From an uncultured Candidatus Saccharibacteria bacterium (GTDB taxonomy: Bacteria > Patescibacteriota > UBA1384 > JACPKC01), in the NCBI GenBank assembly GCA_964636735.1, contig CAZWUV010000001.1:1-29676 (forward strand): a DNA stretch of 29,676 nt, in the 5' to 3' direction. Shown here piece after piece: positions 23,225-29,676 of the stretch (its first letter is position 1; each line of letters begins with the position of its first letter). The notes under the pieces were generated by a model. The model was not told where the DNA came from and searched no databases. It was given only the letters and a program-made list of their open reading frames with translations. The position numbers and the translations under genes were made by a program.

Positions 23225-24058
23225 ATGCTTCAGGATAAGAATCGGTTGCTCGCTACAGGGTTGCTTGAAGATAGTTCGAGCGAGAAAATCTTTTTAGCTA
23301 TTTTGGCAGGCGGAAAAACAGATGCAGAAACACTGCACAATACTGGTCAAGCGCTAAAGGCTTTATTGCCCTATCAAAATAAACCGTTAATAGAGATTGC
23401 GATTGATGCCGCTTTAAAAACTAAGTCAAATTTTATTGGCTTAAATTTAGAAATCGAAGTTTATGGTGATAACGAAGTTTTGCGTAATTCTCTGCGCCTA
23501 GGCTTAGATGAGGGTGTAAAAATTATTGACACTGCCGATAAAAATACACTGTTTGATGTTTTTGAGCGCGTAATTGACGACAAACCAGATGATGCCTTGA
23601 TTGTTTTTGTTGCGAGCGATTTGCCATTTTTATCTGAAGAGAGTCTAAGTTCAATTATTCGCGAAACTCGCTACAAAAATGGGATTTATTACCCAGTTAT
23701 CTCAGAAGAATATGTGCCATGTTATTTGCGTAGCTTAAAAACTTTTAGGAAGCTCAGCGGGGTGTGCTACACTGGGGGGAATGTTGTTGCTGGTAGGGCT
23801 AGGTGCTTAAAGTCCGCTGCTCAATATACCCGAGGCTTGATTGCAAGTCGCAAAAATCCTTTAAAAATGGCATACCTTTTTGGCCCAATGATTTTATTTG
23901 GCTTTGCCGTGGGGCTTTGGAGGCCAAGTCAAATTGCCGAGAAAATCAGTAAAAAGACCGGGATTAAAATTCGCCCTTTTTGTACGGATGATTGGAGAAT
24001 GGCGGTCGACATCGATTCTTGGTCGGATTATCAAGCGCTGTCTGCGCCTCATCCATAA
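23225..24058 (+). CDS. MobA-like NTP transferase (GT-A nucleotidyltransferase) domain protein
   Basis: AILAGG, KALLPYQNKPLI, VASDLPFL, YTGGNV, RKNPLKMA, AVDIDSWSDY. Confidence 0.78.
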   Translation: MLQDKNRLLATGLLEDSSSEKIFLAILAGGKTDAETLHNTGQALKALLPYQNKPLIEIAIDAALKTKSNFIGLNLEIEVYGDNEVLRNSLRLGLDEGVKIIDTADKNTLFDVFERVIDDKPDDALIVFVASDLPFLSEESLSSIIRETRYKNGIYYPVISEEYVPCYLRSLKTFRKLSGVCYTGGNVVAGRARCLKSAAQYTRGLIASRKNPLKMAYLFGPMILFGFAVGLWRPSQIAEKISKKTGIKIRPFCTDDWRMAVDIDSWSDYQALSAPHP

Positions 24059-24196
24059 AAAATAACTATAAATCTGCCTTACTTGCTAGTTTAAGCATAA
24101 GGGCAGATTTTTTTGTTTTACTGGCTTGCCAAATCAACATTTTTTTGATAATCTACCCTCGACTTAGAAAATTAACAGAAAGGTTGGTGGCGCCTA

Positions 24197-25042
24197 GTGT
24201 GCTATGAATGTGTGCAGGGAGAGGAATTTCCGCATCCTGTCAGTTTTTCAATTTTTAATTTAAGAAAATTTTGGCAAAACAATGTCGTTGGACACTATGC
24301 TTATTTATTTTTAGATCAGGATAGTAATTTGCATTTGCATTTAAATGATTTATGTTGCTTTAAAAAAGCAAAGGACAATCCAGTTATTAAGTTGCGTGTA
24401 GGCGGTTACTTTAAAGAAAGCGCGGTGCTGGGTTCGCAGGATTGGACAATTGACTCTGATTGGCATTGGAGCTTTCGTTTAGTTGATAAATTTGGTGATA
24501 GTTTTAGAGTGGATGATATTTGCGATGCTTTAAAAATTATTCAAAATTTTCAGAGTGTAGATATGGCGATGTCGGTATTGTTAGCGCTCGCAAGCAAGAG
24601 ATGCCAAATAGCGGATGAAACCTATTTGGTCGCAGAAAAGCAAAGTCTTATTGAAAATTTAGAGGCGCAGTTAAAAGAGCAATCTTTAAAGTTGATTCAT
24701 TCGCAGCAAGATCTTGCTGATTTAAAAAAGCGAGGTTGTTATTGCACCAACGATGACTTGGTAAAGGAAAATAGCGATCTTGCCGGCAAAATAGAAGTGT
24801 TAGAAGATACTCTGGAGCAAGCAAACAAGAATTGGCATAATAAGTTTTTGATGACACGGGCAAGCTATCGGCGAAAGTCGGAGCGCGCGCAAAAAGCAAT
24901 TGATAAAAAGAACAGACAGCTCAAGAGTACTTGGTTGCAACTTCAAGAAGCTCGGCAAAAAATGAAAGCAGTTTCGGATTTTGCAATCCAAAAAATGAAA
25001 AAATCTAGATTTAAGACAGATATTTTAGATCTTTTAAAATAA
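24197..25042 (+). CDS. Hypothetical protein with C-terminal coiled coil
   Basis: 281-aa ORF with a heptad-rich E/K/Q/L C-terminal half and a terminator after it. Confidence 0.65.
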   Translation: MCYECVQGEEFPHPVSFSIFNLRKFWQNNVVGHYAYLFLDQDSNLHLHLNDLCCFKKAKDNPVIKLRVGGYFKESAVLGSQDWTIDSDWHWSFRLVDKFGDSFRVDDICDALKIIQNFQSVDMAMSVLLALASKRCQIADETYLVAEKQSLIENLEAQLKEQSLKLIHSQQDLADLKKRGCYCTNDDLVKENSDLAGKIEVLEDTLEQANKNWHNKFLMTRASYRRKSERAQKAIDKKNRQLKSTWLQLQEARQKMKAVSDFAIQKMKKSRFKTDILDLLK

Positions 25043-25079
25043 ATTTTGTGGGCTAATAAAATTGCTCGTAAAAATTTAC

Positions 25080-25110
25080 AAATGGCATACCCGCAAGGTA
25101 TGCCATTTTT
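25080..25110. terminator. Bidirectional intrinsic terminator
   Basis: Perfect 12-bp stem AAATGGCATACC-CGCAA-GGTATGCCATTT between convergent genes. Confidence 0.82.
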
Positions 25111-25139
25111 CTTTGTTTGCGCTGAGTACTTGAAGCTTT

Positions 25140-25472
25140 TTAGGCCACCAATTTTTCAGCATGCTTGTAAAGCTCTTCTTTGCTTATAAGTCCAACAGTT
25201 TGGCTTGCCGGCTTGCCATCTTTAAAATAAATTACAGTTGGAATGCTCATAATACCGTATTGTCCTTGCAAAGCAGCTTCTTCGTCAACATTTACTTTGA
25301 CAAATTTTGCCCTTCCTTCCATTTCTTTAGAAGCTTCATCATAAATTGGCGCCATTGCCAAACATGGACCACACCATGGTGCCCAAAAATCTACAATAAC
25401 GGGCATTTCGGCAGAAGCATCCAAAACTTCTTTTTGAAAGTTGTCTTTGGTGACAGATTGTACTTGGCTCAT
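25140..25472 (-). CDS. trxA: Thioredoxin
   Basis: VIVDFWAPWCGPC, VKVNVDE, GIMSIPT. Confidence 0.97.
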   Translation of the reverse strand: MSQVQSVTKDNFQKEVLDASAEMPVIVDFWAPWCGPCLAMAPIYDEASKEMEGRAKFVKVNVDEEAALQGQYGIMSIPTVIYFKDGKPASQTVGLISKEELYKHAEKLVA

Positions 25473-25543
25473 TTTTCTCCTTATTATTTTTAGTTGTTAT
25501 AGGTGTATGTTTTTGGATTCTTGGAGTTTTTTGCAAGAAACTA

Positions 25544-28093
25544 TTATCCGCATTTGGAATATCCACATACGCACGTTGCGCACCCTTCTTGCATAAGTAA
25601 CATATTTCCACATTCGGGGCAAATTGGCGCACTACCTAGCTTGGCAATATCGAGCATGCTAGTTGGGCTAGTTGCTTGAGCAGAGGCGGTATTCGACTGG
25701 GATAAGTTTTGCTTGGCGCTAGCAGTTGCAGTTAGTTCTTTTTCTTCGAATGTTAATTTTAGCTCTGGTTGTGGTGTGCCAATATGGCGCGCTAAAATTC
25801 CTGCCAAGGCGTCGGGGATTGATAGGACCAGGTTGCCTTCGCTCCAAATTGGATTTGGCCCACGAATACCTTTTAGCTGACTCACAACCTCTTCGGCCGA
25901 AACTCCACTTCGCAGGCTAAGTGAAATTAGTCGTGAGATCGCTTCTGTTTTAGCAGCAAAAAATCCACCAGTTTTGCCAAGAGTTGTAAAAATCTCATAA
26001 GGCCGACCTTCTTCGTCGCTATTGATGATGACATACATGCTTCCATAAGCTGTGTTGGTTTTGTAGGTGGTGCCTTGCATAACCTCGGGTCGCTTGCGTG
26101 GCATAATGCCATAGGCTTGTTGCTCAGCCATTTCTTCAGTTTCGTTGTCTTTTTTGACATTTAGAACCTGAAGGTCTCTGGATCCATCACGATAAACAGT
26201 GCCTCCTTTGCAACCCAAGTCATACATCAAGCGATATAGTTCGCCAACTTGTTCTTTGGTGTATTCATTGGGCACATTGCAGGTTTTGGAGATTGACGAA
26301 TCTATCCAGCGTTGAATTGTTGCCTGCACACTAATATGCTCTTCGGGGCTTAAATCCATTGCAGTTACAAAGTAATCTGGTAATTCTTCGCCTGGATGCT
26401 CGTTAACCCACTTTTCGTAAATTTCTACAGATTCTTTATGGGTTCCCAGCCTAGATGTTCTTTCGTATGTCCAGTAATAAAATGGTTCAATGCCAGTTGA
26501 TGTGCCGACCATTGTGCCAATTGTACCATTTGGAGCTTGAGTATTTAAAGTAACATTGCGAAGACCGTTTTCTTTAATGAGGGTACGGATTTCTTCTGGC
26601 AGGGTTTTAATGAAGCCTGTTTCTAAGTGCTTATTGGCTTGGAATTTAGAAAACGAACCTTTTTCTTTGGCAATTTCTGTGCTCATTCTATAGGCCTCGC
26701 ATGTGAAAAATTCGTAAAGTTTATCCAGAAAATGATTGCCTTTTGCACTACCATATCGAAGACCAAGCTTAACCATCATCTCGGCGACTCCCATTGTATT
26801 TAAGCCAACTCGTCGCTCTCCATGTTGTTGTTTTTTATTCTCTTCAAAAAAGTATGGTGTTGCATCTATGACATTATCCAAAAACCGAACAGCAGTTCGA
26901 ATTGACTCACGTAAGTCATCCCAGGCTACATCGCCAGCATCTTCGTTAACAAATTTAGCAAGGTTAATTGCGCCCAGATTGCAAACTCCCCAAGCGGGCA
27001 AGCCTTGTTCGCCACAAGGATTAGTGCAAGTAATTGGCGCAAAGTAACTTGACGGACTTAGCTTGTTATATCTGTCAATAAAAAATAGTCCTGGCTCGGC
27101 TGATGCCCAAGCGCTTTCGACAATTTTATCCCATAAATCGCGCGCCTTGACTGTTTTATATATTTTAACTTTTTTGCCAGCGTCCAGCCATTTTTGCAAA
27201 TTACCATCCCAAACAGCATCGTAGTCTTTGTCTTTTTTGTCAGGAAAAATTAAATTCCAATCACCGTCATTTTTGACTGCCTCCATAAAATCATCAGTTA
27301 TGCCGACGCTAATGTTGGCATTGGTGATTTTGCCCATATCTGTTTTTGATGAAATAAAATCTTCAATATCTGGGTGCCAAATATTAGTGATAAGCATGAG
27401 TGCGCCACGACGTGATCCGCCTTGCTCGATAAGTCCGGTAACAAAACTATAAAGCGAACCCCAGCTAGTTGACCCAGAAGACCGGCCATTGACACCCTTT
27501 ACATAATCATAGCGCGGACGCAGACTCGACAAATTTATACCAACTCCACCACCACGACTCATGATTTCTGCCATTCTAGATAAGCAATCAAAAATTCCAC
27601 CGCGAGAATCATGCGGACTTGGTATTACATAGCAATTATAGTAAGTCAAAGCTTGCTTTGTGCCAGCACCAGTTAAAATTCTGCCAGCAGGAACAAACTT
27701 AAAATCTTCCATTGCTTGCAAGAATTTTGTTTCCCATTCAGCACGCTTTTTAGGAGATTTTTCAACTGAGGCAATCCCTTTTGCGATGCGAGTATGCATT
27801 TCTTGAGGGTCGGTTTCAAGGGGTTTATCGACGTGCTCGATTTCTCTGGTGATTTCTTCGCCATCCATGCGAAGCTTTACAGTAACTTGACTTCCAGATT
27901 TTTTAGTAACAGTTCCGACTTCGCGCTGGCCAGTTTTTAAGTCAACGCAAATCATTACAGTGTCGCCAATAGCTAAAGATTCTTTTGTGCCATCTTTGAG
28001 TGCGTATCTATCTAAAAAGATTTTATAGCCAATTTCGGAAAGTTTGTTGATGGTTGTTGTTTTGGGGTCGTATTTTTGGATGCTCTTTGGCAT
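25544..28093 (-). CDS. nrdJ: Class II (adenosylcobalamin-dependent) ribonucleotide reductase with C-terminal TSCPD domain and zinc ribbon
   Basis: FVPAGRIL, YNCYV, SRGGGVG, RRGALM, TNANISV, SAEPG, NPCGEQ, VCNLG, RRVGL, APNGTIG, GIEP, SISKTCN, VYRDGSR; C-terminal RKRPE..G.T, SIPDA and CPECG..EGC..C..CGYSKC. Confidence 0.95.
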   Translation of the reverse strand: MPKSIQKYDPKTTTINKLSEIGYKIFLDRYALKDGTKESLAIGDTVMICVDLKTGQREVGTVTKKSGSQVTVKLRMDGEEITREIEHVDKPLETDPQEMHTRIAKGIASVEKSPKKRAEWETKFLQAMEDFKFVPAGRILTGAGTKQALTYYNCYVIPSPHDSRGGIFDCLSRMAEIMSRGGGVGINLSSLRPRYDYVKGVNGRSSGSTSWGSLYSFVTGLIEQGGSRRGALMLITNIWHPDIEDFISSKTDMGKITNANISVGITDDFMEAVKNDGDWNLIFPDKKDKDYDAVWDGNLQKWLDAGKKVKIYKTVKARDLWDKIVESAWASAEPGLFFIDRYNKLSPSSYFAPITCTNPCGEQGLPAWGVCNLGAINLAKFVNEDAGDVAWDDLRESIRTAVRFLDNVIDATPYFFEENKKQQHGERRVGLNTMGVAEMMVKLGLRYGSAKGNHFLDKLYEFFTCEAYRMSTEIAKEKGSFSKFQANKHLETGFIKTLPEEIRTLIKENGLRNVTLNTQAPNGTIGTMVGTSTGIEPFYYWTYERTSRLGTHKESVEIYEKWVNEHPGEELPDYFVTAMDLSPEEHISVQATIQRWIDSSISKTCNVPNEYTKEQVGELYRLMYDLGCKGGTVYRDGSRDLQVLNVKKDNETEEMAEQQAYGIMPRKRPEVMQGTTYKTNTAYGSMYVIINSDEEGRPYEIFTTLGKTGGFFAAKTEAISRLISLSLRSGVSAEEVVSQLKGIRGPNPIWSEGNLVLSIPDALAGILARHIGTPQPELKLTFEEKELTATASAKQNLSQSNTASAQATSPTSMLDIAKLGSAPICPECGNMLLMQEGCATCVCGYSKCG

Positions 28094-28141
28094 TCCTCCT
28101 CCTAATTTATGCCAATTATTTTTAGTTTTAAAAACTTTGCA

Positions 28142-28597
28142 CTAGTTTTTTGTTGCGCCCGTCATAGATTCAAGTTCAGCTTGAAAACTATCGACATCGT
28201 CAAATGATCTATGAACAGAAGCAAAACGAAGGTATGCGATTGGATCAATATCGCGCAAATGCTTTAAAACTTGCTTGCCAATGTGGATAGATTTAACTTT
28301 GTCCTTGCATTCTCTATAGAGCTCTCGCTCTATTTCATTTGCGATTAAATCTATTTTTTCTAAGACCAACGGGCGTTTTTGTCCAGCAAGTTCAATGCCT
28401 TTCAATAATTTATTTTTAGAAAAGGGCTGACGAGTGCCATCACGTTTTACCACCATTAAATGAACGACTTCGATGCGCTCAAAAGTAGTAAAGCGGAATT
28501 GGCACGCCAGACATTCGCGGCGCCTACGGATTGCTCGATCGTCTTCACGACTATCAATTACCTTGGTGCCGCCCTTTTCGCATTCTGGGCAAACCAT
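28142..28597 (-). CDS. nrdR: Transcriptional repressor NrdR
   Basis: Zn ribbon CPEC...TKVIDSR...IRRRRECLAC..RFTTFE, ATP cone VVKRDG.RQPF, AYLRFASVHRSF. Confidence 0.97.
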   Translation of the reverse strand: MVCPECEKGGTKVIDSREDDRAIRRRRECLACQFRFTTFERIEVVHLMVVKRDGTRQPFSKNKLLKGIELAGQKRPLVLEKIDLIANEIERELYRECKDKVKSIHIGKQVLKHLRDIDPIAYLRFASVHRSFDDVDSFQAELESMTGATKN

Positions 28598-28735
28598 GTT
28601 ATTTTGTTTGGGATAAGTTATCTACGGGTTTGTAGGTGTGGGGGTGCGAGTTTTGCAATGGCCATGTTGCAATATTCAACTGAGCATAATTTAACGTAAT
28701 TTGTTACACTCTCTTGCGTACTTATACGTAGTTAT

Positions 28736-28783
28736 ACACAAGATGTTGTTACTATTTACCCTTACTAATACTATATATTGTGT
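28736..28783. promoter_or_regulatory. Tandem NrdR boxes
   Basis: ACACAAGATGTTGTTA (28736-28751) and ATACTATATATTGTGT (28768-28783) match the acaCwAtATaTwGtgt consensus. They repeat at a 32-bp period upstream of nrdR-nrdJ-trxA. Confidence 0.85.
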
Positions 28784-28822
28784 TTTTGGATTTGTCACTG
28801 TGGAAAACTAGTTTTTAGTATA

Positions 28823-28874
28823 GCGAAGCAATCTCTCAAATAGATTGCCACGTCCTGACGGACTCGCAATGACG
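28823..28874. repeat. CGTC-tagged REP/RPE-like palindromic element, left arm truncated
   Basis: GCGAAGCAATCT-ctcaaat-AGATTGC-CAC-GTCC-TGAC-GGAC-TCGCAATGACG. The reverse complement of the end is CGTCATTGCGAG. Confidence 0.72.
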
Positions 28875-28931
28875 TACTAAATCACTATAACCCTACAGCT
28901 CTAGCGCCCTAAGGCTTCTGGTAGCTAGTAG

Positions 28932-29675
28932 TTAGTAGCTAGCTGTAATCACATACGTCATCACTGTCGAATAATTCCCTGCTGGTGTATCTGACGCAAT
29001 ATTTGCAATATATGTTGCGGTGTAGGTGGTTGGCATAGATGGTGTGCTAGATGATGCAATTGTTGCACCAGCTAAATTAAATGAAAAAGTATTAGCGGTG
29101 TTGTAATTTGTACTTACACTTCCTACTCCACCACTAGCATCTGCTCCTACATCTGGATTTGTATTATATTGTATTGTGTTTCCACTGCCAGAATAAGTTC
29201 CTCCTATATCTGCCCCATTTAAATATATGTCCATATTTGTAGCGCCTCTTAAAACTACGGCTACATGTTGCCAATCACTATGGTTAAAAATTGAAGAAAT
29301 ACCAGAGACAGATTTGGTTCTTCTAGTTGTCGTATTATACGATCCGCCATCTCCGTATAGAGTAGTAATAGAGTCGCCATTTAAAATTCTAAGCTGTACC
29401 CCACGGTATTGATCAGTTTGAAAATTTGTAGATATTATGCCGTTAAGAGTATCGTTAACTTTATTTTTTTTGACCCAAGCAGATACTGTGATTGGCAAAG
29501 CTGTTTTGTAGGTAGAAGAATGAGGAATATTGATAAAGTCATCTATACCATCAAAATAAATTCCTCCGCCGAATTTACCAATAACTCTAGTAGGACCATT
29601 TGCAAGAGTTCCATGATTATTATTGCCAGAGCTATTCAGAGCAATATCTCCGTCTTCTTCATCAAATTTACAATG
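28932..29675 (-). CDS. LamG-like jellyroll domain surface protein (5' part beyond window)
   Basis: The frame stays open to the window edge: HCKFDEEDGDIALNSSGNNNHGTLANGP...GKFGGGIYFDGIDDFINIP....PITVSAWVK...WQHVAVV...IYLNG. The C-terminus ends in ANIASDTPAGNYSTVMTYVITASY. Confidence 0.85.
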   Translation of the reverse strand, partial: HCKFDEEDGDIALNSSGNNNHGTLANGPTRVIGKFGGGIYFDGIDDFINIPHSSTYKTALPITVSAWVKKNKVNDTLNGIISTNFQTDQYRGVQLRILNGDSITTLYGDGGSYNTTTRRTKSVSGISSIFNHSDWQHVAVVLRGATNMDIYLNGADIGGTYSGSGNTIQYNTNPDVGADASGGVGSVSTNYNTANTFSFNLAGATIASSSTPSMPTTYTATYIANIASDTPAGNYSTVMTYVITASY

Positions 29676-29676
29676 A

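Noticed and set aside
28598-28735. Cobalamin riboswitch or leader peptide (28618-28665, MAIAKLAPPHLQTRR) upstream of nrdR-nrdJ
   Set aside because: The B12-box and GGGAA/CCC core motifs are not recognisable, and the mini-ORF has no SD or diagnostic residues.
28921-28942. GTAGCTAG repeated twice around the LamG gene stop
   Set aside because: Low-complexity 8-mer with no element between the copies.
28-29412. Numerous antisense or overlapping ORFs in the six-frame track (e.g. 105-440, 1430-1777, 2320-2718, 5192-5641, 17417-17983, 25161-25493, 26736-27047)
   Set aside because: They are shadows of well-supported genes on the other strand or frame, with no motifs or translation signals.
1-29676. 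Alternative genetic code 25 (TGA=Gly)
   Set aside because: Long conserved genes read through without in-frame TGA, and TGA serves as the stop for several genes (1270, 12846, 13204, 21428).

Overview
AT-rich bacterial chromosomal window with the gene content and style of Patescibacteria (CPR). The taxonomy is an inference from the nusB-rnc pair, a PaaX/Cas2-like regulator, secG followed by an orphan family-5 solute-binding protein, miniaturised aminoacyl-tRNA synthetases, ComM, NrdJ and FG-GAP/LamG surface proteins; genetic code 11 fits. Most of it is housekeeping: nusB, rnc, a D,D-carboxypeptidase, aspS, pheT, pheS (split by a 1-nt frameshift in an A5 run), an HD dNTPase-like gene, secG, rluB-like, comM, miaA, yvcK, gpsA-like, trxA, nrdJ, nrdR with tandem NrdR boxes, and tRNA-Cys/Gly/Leu. 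The stand-out feature is at 10.8-11.3 kb. An 80-aa GIY-YIG nuclease gene sits inside the tRNA-Gly/tRNA-Cys operon, starting 7 nt after the tRNA-Gly CCA, and is bracketed by two defective tRNA-Gly copies. In both copies the 17-nt anticodon arm is replaced, base-precisely, by the same 15-nt palindrome TCCCGC-T(T/A)A-GCGGGA. No integrase or transposase is present. Other palindromic REP/RPE-like elements occur in frame inside miaA and upstream of nrdR. All calls come from reading the sequence and recalled family motifs; no searches were run.
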